Below are positions 1 to 11,574 of a DNA stretch of 64,000 bases, piece after piece. The position numbers and the translations under genes are program-made. The notes below the pieces were generated by a model that was not told where the DNA came from, made no database searches, and worked only from the letters and a program-made list of their open reading frames with translations. The stretch comes from Eledone cirrhosa (taxonomy: Eukaryota), in NCBI GenBank assembly GCA_964016885.1, contig OZ024741.1:175088001-175152000 (forward strand), written 5' to 3'. Position 1 is the first letter of the stretch; each line of letters starts with the position of its first letter.

Positions 1-577
1 CTCACTATAAGGGCTGGAGACATGATGTGATGGGCAGGGTGATCCACTGGCACCTATGCAAGGTAAACAATTTACCACATTCTGAGAAGTGGTATGAGCA
101 TAAGCCAGAGGCGGTGATAGAAAACGATCAGGTGAAGGTGCTATGGGATTTTAGGATACAGACGGACAAGAAACTGGAACACAATAGACCTGACCTGGTG
201 GTTGTGGACAAAGAAAAAAGATCGTGCCTGATTGTGGATGTGGCCTGCCCATTCGACACGAGAGTGCAAGAGAAGGAGAGGGAGAAAATTAACCGATACC
301 AGGATTTAAAGTAGGAGGTAAAAAGGATTTGGAACTGCCATGAAGTCAAAGTGATCCCGATTGTCATAGGCGCACTAGTGACTATCTCAAAAAGTTTCCA
401 GGGATGGTTAAAGAAAATTGGCCCCTTCACGCTTTTTGGAACGCTTCAAAAGGCATGCTTGTTGGGAACAGCAAGAACCCTCCGATACGTCCTGAATATT
501 TGAGGCTGCAGGTAGTGGCTTGATATTCATTTCAACAAACTTTCTAGTTAAATAACATCAATGACTGAGACTCAAAG
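1..577 (+). mobile_element. 3' end of an RLE-endonuclease non-LTR retrotransposon (R4/Dong-like), with in-frame stop
   Basis: Translation RHD..IHWHLC..LWDFRIQTDK..NRPDLVVVDK..DVACP..EK..RY, then TAG at 312-314, then IPIVIGAL..LQKACLLGTAR to TGA at 501-503. This is a PD-(D/E)xK RLE domain, followed by a short 3'UTR. Confidence 0.88.
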
Positions 578-586
578 AACAACAAC

Positions 587-651
<65 letters not shown>
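578..651 (+). repeat. (AAC)n(AAT)n microsatellite, tail or target of the R4-like element
   Basis: Directly visible. Confidence 0.95.
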
Positions 652-1206
652 GGAACGAGGTATCACTATAATATCATTATGTTTATTTAGGTGTGATACG
701 CAATTCCCGATCGACCTGCTCGAGGTACGATCGGTATCGATCGGACCCGACTCTGCTGGAATCGATAGGTCATCAGACTTATGAATTCCCTAATATGTAT
801 GTATATATGCATATATATATATGTAATAAAAATTTGTGAAGTTTTTACTGTGATATACTTTGTCGCTATTAACTCTTCCCCTTTCTTTCTCTCCCTTTCA
901 CTTTTACTCACCCTCTCTCTGCTAGCTACCCCGCTACTTCCGCTGTTTCTCTTTACTTTGCCTCTTGTTTTTCTACTCTCGCGGAAGTCAGACCTGTATT
1001 TTTTCGCTCCGTTTCACTGTCTACACAGCCTCGTTCTTAAGTCCAGTAGCTGATGTTGACAGCCTTTTCTTTCTCTTCCGCTGCTACTACACGTGCTTCT
1101 CGTGTTTCCCTCTTCGGTATGTTTTTCCGTTATTTTTTCCCTTCTGTTATATATTTTTCTCTCTCTCATCCCCCTCCCCCCATAACTTCCTTTAGTTATT
1201 GACGCA

Positions 1207-1279
1207 CTGGAGCTAAACATCTTGTCTTTAATGCGTAGAAATGTCCGTGACCTCTAGAAGACAACTGATGAAAGGGAAA
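1207..1279 (+). ncRNA. Hammerhead-like motif with non-canonical (reversed) strand order, copy 1
   Basis: CTGGAG ctaa ACAT-C TTGTCTT taa TGCGTA GAA-ATGT ccgtgac CTCTAG AAGACAA CTGATGA. The helices covary with the copy at 37356-37426. Confidence 0.6.
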
Positions 1280-1301
1280 TTACCCCCGTTCGTGCTCTCC
1301 T

Positions 1302-1341
<40 letters not shown>

Positions 1342-1348
<7 letters not shown>

Positions 1349-1881
1349 TTAGTCCTTCATCAGTGATCTGCCAACCTTCATTGGCATTTCATCGCTTTAA
1401 AGACCATATACCTCCGGTTGGTGCGAGCAACGGCTAAAGAAAGTAGTTGGGACACGTAAATAAGGGGAACGAGCGAGACTGTAAACAATCAAAGATGGTA
1501 ATGCAACGAATCTCTCTCGTCTACGATTTCACAGAACTTATGTTCACCGATTTCAGGGACTTGACTCCTTCTTCCTACCGTTGGACCTGTGCGAAATTCT
1601 TTCCTTGTTCACATTTCGACCAGCTTTGATGGTCTTTATTCTCTCTCGTCCACGATTTCACAGAACTTATGTTCATCGATTTCAGGGACTTGACTCCTTC
1701 TTCCTCACTTTTCGTTGCATTACCATCTTTGATTGTTTACAGTCTCGCTCGTTCCCCTTATTTACGTGTCCCAACGACTTTCTTTAGCCGTTGCTCGCAC
1801 CGACCAGAGGTATATGGTCTTTAAAGCGATGAAATACCAATGAAGGTTGGCAGATCACTGATGAAGGACTAAATTTATTCA
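1342..1881. mobile_element. Non-autonomous element with ~170-bp inverted arms (probable Penelope pseudo-LTR derivative) between (TA)n tracts
   Basis: 1342-1509 is the reverse complement of ~1711-1879. There is an internal ~65-bp direct duplication. Arms end in a truncated CTGATGAAGGAC. A related copy lies at 49281-49690. Confidence 0.7.
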
Positions 1882-1917
1882 TATGTAACCCATTTGCAAT
1901 CACGCAGCACGCCATGT

Positions 1918-1987
<70 letters not shown>

Positions 1988-2050
1988 ATACATGTATATG
2001 TGTGTATATATGTGTATATATATATATATATATATGTGTGTGCATGTATG

Positions 2051-2093
<43 letters not shown>

Positions 2094-2700
2094 CTTACAT
2101 GCATTTGTAGACATATACAAATATATGCGTTTAGTTGGGCTTACTTGAGAAATACGTACGCTCTCACTCATGGTGTTTGCATGAAGTCTGTAAATAAGAT
2201 ATCAACACCATCAACAATAAACAACGACAATGCCAGAGCTATATGTACTATCACCAGCACCACAAGTATTTTTGAACAATAAGAATAACCCTCCCTTCAT
2301 ACCGCAAAAAACGAAATATCTTTCTCATAAATAAAGGAACGATGCCTGAAGCCAAATACAAAAAGAACCCTTCAAAACAAAAACAAAGCGCAGCTAATGT
2401 ATCGAAAATGAAAGAAACACAGAATAATTGAAAGTGTAACAAAGCTCTAGTATTTATGTATACATTTTCTCTTGGCTGTTCAGTCTGTTAGATGTGTTCA
2501 AATAATATACTTATAATCTAGAATTAGTGCTATGGCTGCTAATCAAACAGACAGCTAGAGTATTACGTAAAATGACGACTGGGAGGAATAAATATTAGCT
2601 TTATCTATGTAGAAACGTCAATTGATTTAGTTGATAGTTCCACTGATGTCATAGCAAAAAGACAAAAACAAAATTAGTTTTTAATAGTTATTATATATAC

Positions 2701-2868
2701 AGGCGCAGCAGACATGGCTGTGTGGTTAAAAACGTTCGCTTTGCAATCACGTGGTTTCAGGTCCAGCCGTACTGTGTTACAAGTGTCTTTATTCTCATCT
2801 AACTTAGCCATTGGTTGACCAAAGCGTTGAGTATAATTTGATAGACGGATTCCATACGAAAGTTTCTC

Positions 2869-2870
<2 letters not shown>
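2701..2870 (+). mobile_element. Diverged tRNA-derived SINE
   Basis: TGGCTGTGTGGT A-box-like head and tail GTTGACCAAAGC...GATAGACGGA. A related tail fragment lies at ~25715-25810. Confidence 0.55.
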
Positions 2871-2939
<69 letters not shown>

Positions 2940-3026
2940 GGTAAGTTATTCCGGGTTGAATCGGAGGTAACCACAATAAGTAAGGTACTCAATACATAGC
3001 AGAGTATAAAAGTTTTAATATAGAAG

Positions 3027-3077
3027 AAATTCTACAGGACTAGAACTGTTTCATTCGTGAGAAATCATCAGGAATCT
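3027..3077 (-). ncRNA. Type I hammerhead ribozyme (family A)
   Basis: Reverse-complement copy of 3529-3579 with an intact core. Confidence 0.75.
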
Positions 3078-3528
3078 GACTGTCCAAGTAAATATGGTGG
3101 TATTTACACGTATATCTTTTCTGGTGGTAGGAGAGGGTGGGGAGTGGGATGGGTGGAGGTCATTGGTTGAAAGAAAAGGGAATTCATTAAAAGCCATAAT
3201 TTATATTTAGAGTGACAAAGGCAGAAATAATTCTATAAACAAGTTCAAATTGGAGTGCCGCTCCTTATTTTTAAGTTTCTCTTAAGCTAACAATGCCTAT
3301 ATTTCAGGTGCCTATAAGATGGGTGGAGGTCAGTCATGGTTGATGGGTTTAAAGAAAGGGAATTTTTTAAAAGCTAATTCTTTAAAGCTTTACTTAAATT
3401 ATAGCTTTAAAGAATTAGCTTTTAATGAATTCCCTTTTCTTTCAACCAATGACCTCCACCCATCCCACTCCCCACTCTCTCCTACCACCAGGAAAGATAT
3501 AAATACCACCATATTTACTTGGACAGAC

Positions 3529-3579
3529 AGATTCCTGATGATTTCTCACGAATGAAACAGTTCTAGTCCTGTAGAATCT
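3529..3579 (+). ncRNA. Type I hammerhead ribozyme (family A)
   Basis: AGATTC CTGATGA tTTCtcacGAAt GAAA CAG ttctagtc CTG TA GAATCT. Stem I is 6 bp, the cleavage triplet is GUA, and stem II is short. Confidence 0.8.
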
Positions 3580-3594
3580 CTTCTGTATTAAAAC

Positions 3595-3626
<32 letters not shown>

Positions 3627-3756
3627 GAGAGAGAATTAGTACATCTACCAACATATGCGTACAGATGTACACTAATGCTAGCAAATATCTAAGTTATGTC
3701 AAAGTACCTAGGTGGTTCTATGCAGGGGGATGCAGAACAATTATATGAAAGACGTA

Positions 3757-5876
3757 TCATATTATCTGTAGTATTAGGGTTAGTATCATATCTGTAGTAT
3801 TAGGGTTAGTATCATATCTGTAGTATTAGGGTTAGTATCATATCTGTAGTATTAGGGTTAGTATCATATCATCTATAGTATTAGGGTTAGTATCATATTA
3901 TCTGTAGTATTAGGGTTAGTATCATATCATCTGTAGTATTAGGGTTAGTATCATATCATCTGTAGTATTAGGGTTAGTATCATATCTGTAGTATTAGGGT
4001 TAGTATCATATCATCTGTAGTATTAGGGTTATTATCATATCTGTAGTATTAGGGTTAGTATCATATCATCTGTAGTATTAGGGTTAGTATCATATCATCT
4101 GTAGTAGTAGGGTTAGAATCATATCATCTATAGTATTAGGGTTAGTATCATATCATCTGTAGTATTAGGGTTAGTATCATATCTGTAGTATTAGGGTTAG
4201 TATCATATCATCTGTAGTATTAGGGTTAGTATCATATTATCTGTAGTATTAGGGTTAGTATCATATTATCTGTAGTATTAGGGTTAGTATCATATCATCT
4301 GTAGTATTAGGGTTAGTATCATATCTGTAGTATTAGGGTTAGTATCATATCATCTGTAGTATTAGGGTTAGTATCATATCATCTGTAGTATTAGGGTTAG
4401 TATCATATCATCTATAGTATTAGGGTTAGTATCATATCATCTGTAGTATTAGGGTTAGTATCATATCTGTAGTATTAGGGTTAGTATCATATCATCTGTA
4501 GTATTAGGGTTATTATCATATCTGTAGTATTAGGGTTAGTATCATATCATCTGTAGTATTAGGGTTAGTATCATATCATCTGTAGTAGTAGGGTTAGAAT
4601 CATATCATCTATAGTATTAGGGTTAGTATCATATCATCTGTAGTATTAGGGTTAGTATCATATCTGTAGTATTAGGGTTAGTATCATATCATCTGTAGTA
4701 TTAGGGTTAGTATCATATTATCTGTAGTATTAGGGTTAGTATCATATTATCTGTAGTATTAGGGTTAGTATCATATCATCTGTAGTATTAGGGTTAGTAT
4801 CATATCTGTAGTATTAGGGTTAGTATCATATCATCTGTAGTATTAGGGTTAGTATCATATCATCTGTAGTATTAGGGTTAGTATCATATCATCTATAGTA
4901 TTAGGGTTAGTATCATATCATCTGTAGTATTAGGGTTAGTATCATATCTGTAGTATTAGGGTTAGTATCATATCATCTGTAGTATTAGGGTTAGTATCAT
5001 ATCATCTGTAGTATTAGGGTTAGTATCATATCATCTGTAGTATTAGGGTTAGTATCATATCTGTAGTATTAGGGTAGTATCATATCATCTGTAGTATTAG
5101 GGTTAGTATCATATCATCTGTAGTATTAGGGTTAGTATCATATCATCTGTAGTATTAGGGTTAGTATCATATCATCTATAGTATTAGGGTTAGTATCATA
5201 TTATCTGTAGTATTAGGGTTAGTATCATATTATCTGTAGTATTAGGGTTAGTATCATATTATCTGTAGTATTAGGGTTAGTATAATATTATCTGTAGTAT
5301 TAGGGTTAGTATCATATTATCTGTAGTATTAGGGTTAGTATCATATCATTTGTAGTATTAGGGTTAGTATCATATTATCTGTAGTATTAGGGTTAGTATC
5401 ATATCATTTGTAGTATTAGGGTTAGTATCATATCATCTGTAGTATTAGGGTTAGTATCATATCATTTGTAGTATTAGGGTTAGTATCATATCATCTGTAG
5501 TATTAGGGTTAGTATCATATTATCTGTAGTATTAGGGTTAGTATCATATCATCTATAGTATTAGGGTTAGTATCATATCATCTGTAGTATTAGGGTTAGT
5601 ATCATATCATCTATAGTATTAGGGTTAGTATCATATCATTTGTAGTATTAGGGTTAGTATCATATTATCTGTAGTATTAGGGTTAGTATCATATCATCTA
5701 TAGTATTAGGGTTAGTATCATATCATCTGTAGTATTAGGGTTAGTATCATATCATCTGTAGTATTAGGGTTAGTATCATATCATCTGTAGTATTAGGGTT
5801 AGTATCATATCTGTAGTATTAGGGTTAGTATCATATCATCTGTAGTATTAGGGTTAGAATCATATTACCTGTAGTT
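3757..5876 (+). repeat. Tandem satellite of 29/26-bp monomers ATCAT(ATC)ATCTGTAGTATTAGGGTTAGT, about 74 copies, containing telomeric TTAGGGTTAG
   Basis: Directly visible; very homogeneous monomers. Confidence 0.97.
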
Positions 5877-6282
5877 ATTTTACGTCTTTCATATAATTGT
5901 TCTGCATCCCCCTGCATAGAAACACCTAGGTACTTTGACATAACTTATATATTTGCTAGCATTAGTGTACATCTGTACGCATATGTTGGTAGATGTACTA
6001 ATTCTCTATATTTATCTCCAAATTATTTGTTGAGCAAACTTGCCAAATCTACTGCTAATTCATAGTAGTAGTAGTAGGCTCTTGTCATAATACCACCCCA
6101 CTCCTAACTGACTAACCTCAGTGTCACGTGATTGATTCTTTAGAATCTGCCACTGACCAGAGGCAGTGAACTTTTTCTTGCTATGGAATTTAGTCCTCGC
6201 TAGCTTATTACATCCACTGAATTATTATTTTTATATGGGTTCCTAGTGTCCGCGCATTGCCTGGGAACTTAGCTGAGAATAG

Positions 6283-6364
6283 ACTCCCTGATGACGTAAT
6301 GAATTCTCGATAGTTATATTGTGTAACTATATTTATCCCATTACAGAAACTAATTAGTTGGAGT
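6283..6364 (+). ncRNA. Type I hammerhead with 51-nt stem II region and palindromic stem III
   Basis: ACTCC CTGATGA c GTAATG..[TAGTTA/TAACTA hairpin]..CATTAC a GAAA CTAATTAG TT GGAGT. Confidence 0.75.
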
Positions 6365-6583
6365 GAACATTTTAGTAAGTAAGTTAATTTTTAATTTTTA
6401 AAATTTTCTTATTTTACGTCTTTCATATATATATATATATATATATGAAAGACGTAAAATAAGAAAATTTTAAAAATTAAAAATTAACTTACTAAAATTT
6501 TCACTCCAACTAATTAGTTTCTGTAATGGGATAAATATAGTTACACAATATAACTATATATATATATATATAGTTACACAATA

Positions 6584-6635
<52 letters not shown>

Positions 6636-6641
<6 letters not shown>

Positions 6642-6833
6642 CAAAATTTAATATAGAAATGGGTTTGACAGGACTAGAACTGTTTCATTCGAAAGAAATC
6701 ATCGAGCTTTCCGGATGATTTCTTTCGAATGAAACAGTTCTAGTACTGAAGAAGCCATTTCTATATTAAATTTTGTATATACTCTACTAATGTATTTAGT
6801 ACGTCACTTACTGTGGCCACCCCCGATTGAATC

Positions 6834-6836
<3 letters not shown>
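6636..6836. mobile_element. Family A pseudo-LTR palindrome with mutated hammerhead cores
   Basis: 6636-6702 is inverted at 6715-6780. The core reads CGGATGA. It carries the family tail CCCCGATTGAATCCG. Confidence 0.7.
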
Positions 6837-6873
<37 letters not shown>

Positions 6874-6987
6874 GTGTATATATATATATAGACTAGATCT
6901 TCCAACTTACGTGTAATATTAGAAAATTAAATCAAATTGTTTAGAGCTACAAGTGAAGTCATTCTTTTCCTTTTTTCAAATATATAC

Positions 6988-7036
<49 letters not shown>

Positions 7037-7037
<1 letters not shown>

Positions 7038-8575
7038 TTCAGACGACTCAGAAGCTCCCGCGTCTTGCGACGCATGAGGCAATCATAGTGTTCCACCGCG
7101 TTCGGTCAGCAGCCAGTTGCACAGCGTCCCGCCATTGTCTGTTTGTCGCTCGCAGGTCCCTCTCAACTGTCTGGCGCCAGTTCATTTTGGGTCGCCCTCT
7201 CCGTCTGCTTCCCTGTGGGTTCCATTTAAGTACTTGGTTCGCCAGTCTCTCCGGGGGAAGTCTCAAAGCGTGCCCAAACCAGCCTAGGCGTCGCTTGCAG
7301 ATGGCAGAAGAGACTAGCTGCTGGTTGGTACAGCTCCTGACTTCCTGGTTTGTTACATGGTCACTCCATTTAATCCCCAGAATCTTTCGCAGACACCTGG
7401 AATCGAATGCGTCCAACTTCTTCTCTTGGCTGGTCTTAAGGTGCCATGTTTCACTTCCGTACAAGAGTGTGGACAGCACGTTGCTGTTGTAGAATCTCAT
7501 CTTTGTTTTGAGGGTGAACTTCCTGCACTTCCAGATCTTGACAAGCTGTTTAAATGCTGCTGAAGCCTTTCCCATTCTACATTGCAATTCACTATCCATG
7601 GCGCCCTCATTGTCAATGAAGCTTCGTAGGTGAAGTTGTCCACTATCTCCACCTCCCCCTGTTCAATGAAAACACTAGTTGGTGATGGGTGTGTCCCAGA
7701 TAACATGCTTTTGGTCTTCTTAGCACTGATATTGAGACCTAAGCTTCCTGCTTCGACATTGATATTGTTCATAATGACTTGCAGGTCAGCTGTGTTCTCT
7801 GCAAGTGCAACAATATCGTCCGCAAAGTCCAGGTCAGACAACTTTTGCTCTCCCACCCAAGATATACCCTGGTCTTTAGACGCTCTTCTTAGTACCCAGT
7901 CAATAGCTATGGCAAAAAGAATTGGAGAGAGCGAGCAACCCTGACGCACACCAGTAACCACCTCAAACCAGTCACTGCAACCACCCTCTTTCCGTATGCA
8001 GCACTTGGAGTTTGCATAAATCTGTTTGATTGCCGAAATGACTTTCTGGGGCAGACCATACTCATGCATGATGCTCCAGAGTGACGGCCGATGAATGCTA
8101 TCGAATGCTTTGGAGAAATCGATGAAGCTGACGGCGAGGGGCCTCTGGAATTCCTCTCAATGATGCGGCGTAACGTAAAGATCTGCTCTGCACAGGAACG
8201 TTTTGGTCGGAACCCTGCCTGTTGTTCTCGCAGTTCCCGGTCTACCATGCCACGTATGCGGTTCAGGATCACCAGACAATAGACCTTCCCTGGTATGGAG
8301 AGAAGTGTCACTCCCCTCCAGTTGTCACAATCGGCAAGGTTGCCCTTCTTGGGGATACAGACAACCGCTCCGTTTCTCCAATCTTCTGGGACTTCACCTG
8401 TGTTCCACACAAGATTACATAAGTGGCCCATCCACTTGACCATGCTTTCGCCTCCTGACTTCAGCATTTCAGCAGAAATGCCATCCATACCTGGTGACTT
8501 GTTATTCTTAAGGGTTTTGATGGGCATGCGGACTTCCTTCTCGGTGAAGTCATCAGTATTGATAGGCAACAAACT
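7037..8575 (-). mobile_element. 5'-truncated, frameshifted RTE-clade LINE (reverse transcriptase pseudogene)
   Basis: Three overlapping ORFs contain KSPGMDGI, NWRGVTLLSIPGKVY, QAGFRPKRSC, GVRQGCSLSP, DFADD, LLYGSETW and RRLGWFGH..RGRP. The 3' end lies in (TA)n. Confidence 0.93.
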
Positions 8576-8642
8576 AGTAGGTTCCTTAGTGTATATATAT
8601 ATATATCGGGTTCAATCGGGGGTGATATATATATTCTTTTCC

Positions 8643-8673
<31 letters not shown>

Positions 8674-8700
8674 TTACAGGACTAGAACTGTTTCATTCAT

Positions 8701-9650
8701 ATTTGTTCTGCAAGATTCTTAATCTGAAAGCGTGTGTTGAAACCGATGAGACGGACGCTTCCGTCAATCTTCCTTAGAGCGGTTAGACTGACAAAGAAGA
8801 ATAAATTGCGGGCATAGCAGGGCAGGCTGGCGCGGAGAAGATAGTTGGTGAGAGCCGTGATAAACTGGAGCAGGCTTGCTTCTGCTTCAGCAGCGTTTGA
8901 CGAGACAAGGTCGCAGGCCGGCCACTACGCCGCTGTTGCTCCTTAGGAAAGATCTCAGAACAACTAATACGTCCCCACTTGATGTGGCATAGGAAAGATT
9001 GCTGGTCGGGTCTTGGACGTCCTTGGTGTCGGGGTTTTTTTGTGGGCGGGGGGGGGGGGGGGTCTAGGTATGTATGACGGAGCGCTTCTAGGACATCCGG
9101 TGTGGGGGAGAGTACAGTACCGCTCGAGGCCAGCACACGTACCACAGACAAAATTAGTTTGAGCTTGACTCTCTCGCGGAGACATTTCGTGTAGTTGGAA
9201 GTGGGCTGTGTGCGCTGTGTCCGCGCTGGGTGGCTGCACGAGAGAAGCTTACAGGCGAAGAGTCGCAGAAGGAAGCAATATTGCCTTGAACCTCTAAGTC
9301 AAGGAGTGGATCAATCCCTCCCCCACCGTTGGGCTCCCTACTATAGGGTTTCCGAGTGCGAGAGTATCAAAACTAAACAATTTGTTTCAGTCTTGCGGGC
9401 CGCCCGAGCAAAGCGCTTCGACCGCGTGAGTGCGGGCGGTTTTGGGGAGATCACCACTAAGGCCTCGTCCGGGCCGAGCAGGTTCGGGTCCCCATTGAGT
9501 CGCCACCTGTGGCGCCGAGAGGGATAGGCATCACCGGGAGTGCCACCGATGTAGGGATTCCGACGCATGCTGAGTAAGTTTGACGCAAGGAAGGTGGAAG
9601 AGACTGTTACAATTGGAGCAATTTCTTCTTTTTTTTTTTGCACCTAATGC
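8701..9650 (-). mobile_element. Decayed CRE-like non-LTR retrotransposon fragment (pre-RT region)
   Basis: GC-rich island. Minus-strand peptides VRVLASSGTVLSPTPDVLEALR, RSFLRSNSGVVAGLRP and LTALRKIDGSVRLIG resemble CRE-clade motifs. Confidence 0.65.
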
Positions 9651-10707
9651 ACGTGGCGCACGAGTGGGGAGGTGGACATTCTAACTTGAGTGTTGGGAGG
9701 TAGAAACAGGAAATTGTAATTAGGGAGAATATGGAGGTGGTTGGTAGATGTATAAAGAGATAAAAAGATAGTGATTGGGGGTAAATAGATGGATAGGGGT
9801 ATGGGGGATAGAGAGATGGAATAGATAGATTATTGGTTCCATAAAGGGAGAGAACCAAGAAAAGGGAGAGAACCAAGAGAAAATTTATAGATCCAAATTG
9901 GTTAGAATTTGAGAGATGACATTTATAGTGAAAGAAACATTTATAGTAAATGAAACAAAAGAAATCAGATACATAAATGCAAGTATACGTGGCTAAACGA
10001 AATAAAGAGGTGGGGAGAGATAGGGGGAACAGAGAAAAGAATTGGAAAAAAAAAAAAAAATAAAGGAAAGAAATATGCAAATATGTAAATTGACTGAAAG
10101 GCCAAGTGTATAGACGCAGATTAAAGATAAGAATAAAATAAAATAGAATTAGGAAGCTCAAACATCGACTTCGTTCACATGTAGCTGCAATGTCAAAGTT
10201 CACACTTCAAAATTTTCAACGTGACAGTAAATAGCGCTACAATCCTCAATGGGAATTAAAGTTTCTTTAGAACATTTGTATCAGTTATCACCTTGAAATA
10301 AATGTTTTTTTTAACGTCTCAACAACAATACACTCACTTCCGAAATAACGTTTTTCATTAACTTCAATGTTTTTAAAATGACAGTAAATAACGCTACAAT
10401 TCCACAATGGGAAGACATTTGTATCACTTTGAAATAAATGTTTCTTTAATTTTTCAACAGGAAACAGGCAGTTTCGAAACAACGTTGGTTCATTAACTTC
10501 TATCTGATAGCCTTGCAGTTGCCATATTGTAGGTGGTGAATTGGAAGAGTTGTTACACTAGAAGAGTCGACTATGGGATGTGCCAAATCCGAGAATTAAA
10601 AAACATTAGTCTTTAGAATAACCGAATGAAATCCAGTTATGGAAAATTATATTAATGGTAGAAATATGATTAAACATAAATATACTGAAGGTAATAGTAA
10701 AAATAAT

Positions 10708-11322
10708 AATTGTATCTACTTTTGGCACAAGGCAAGCATTTACCCAGTACATTACTGGTACTTTATTTTATCGACCCCGTAAGGATGAAAGGCAAAGTTA
10801 ACCTCACCAATAATAATTGTTTCTACTTTAGGCACAAGGCCAGCAATTACCCAGTGCATTACTGGTACTTTATTTTATCGAATAATAATGATTTCATTTA
10901 TTGGCCACAAACCCAGTAATTTTGGTGGGAGGGGAAAGTCGATTAAATCTACCCCAATACGTTACTGGTGCTTTATTTTATCGATGAAAGGCACAGTTAA
11001 CCTCGTCTGGATTTGAACTCAGACTGTAAAGGGCAGTAATTCTATGCTGCAAAGCATAGCGTCCAATGCTTTACCGATACTGCCAATCCACCGCGCTATA
11101 ATAATGGTTTCTTATATAGGCACAAGGCCAGCAATTTTGGAGGAGGGGAAAGTCGATTAAATCGATTCCAGTGTGTGACTGGTACTTTATTTTATCGACC
11201 CCGTAAGGATGAAAGGCAAAGTTAACCTCGGCGGGATTTGAACTCAGACCATAAAGGGCCGTAACTCTTTGCTGCAAAGCATGGCGTCCGACCCTCTACC
11301 GATACTGCCAATCCACCGCCCT
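10708..11322 (-). mobile_element. Tandem cluster of tRNA-derived SINEs (family 1, Deu/Nin-like core): two partial and two near-full copies
   Basis: Reverse complement of GGCGGTGGATTGGCAG..GAGTTCAAATCCCGCCGAGGTTAACTTTGCCTTTCATCCTTACGGGGTCGATAAAATAAAGTACCAGT, with (ATT)n tails. Confidence 0.85.
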
Positions 11323-11574
11323 ATAATAATGGTTTCGGATTAAAGCTCATACAAAAGTATGCGTTGAACGGTGTGGATGCATGCGTTATCGAAAATATAG
11401 TGTATGGAAATTATATGCGCATATTCATATATATATACACGCAGTTATACAGACGCTCAATGCTAAAAAGAGCATTAATCTCCTGATTTTTTCATAGCAA
11501 GAATATGATTTTTTTATAGGAAGAATAGGAAAAATTTGTTCTTTCCGCTTCACTTAATGACATAATATTTTAAA

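Larger units (their letters stand above)
2939..3595. mobile_element. Penelope-type pseudo-LTR inverted pair (family A), hammerhead in each arm
   Basis: 3011-3194 is the reverse complement of 3418-3595. The family recurs at 6636-6836, 8605-8700, 35525-35748 and 48670-49133. Confidence 0.75.
3630..6560 (+). mobile_element. Penelope-type pseudo-LTR structure enclosing a satellite array
   Basis: 3630-3756 is the reverse complement of 5881-6007 (2 mismatches seen). The unit 5878-6430 carries a hammerhead and ends by repeating its own start (TTTACGTCTTTCATATA). A second inversion lies at 6445-6560. Confidence 0.7.

Noticed and set aside
700-790. CpG-rich double hairpin with minus-strand CTGATGA as a hammerhead
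   Set aside because: The hairpins are real (CCGATCG/CGATCGG, TATCGAT/ATCGATA), but the partner reads GAAT and no stem I can be formed.
3757-5876. CRISPR array or true telomere
   Set aside because: There are no unique spacers and no cas genes. TTAGGG occurs once per 26-29-bp monomer rather than as a pure tract, and the array is internal.
6953-7492. Plus-strand 179-aa ORF and other antisense ORFs over LINEs
   Set aside because: They are shadows of RT coding sequence on the opposite strand.
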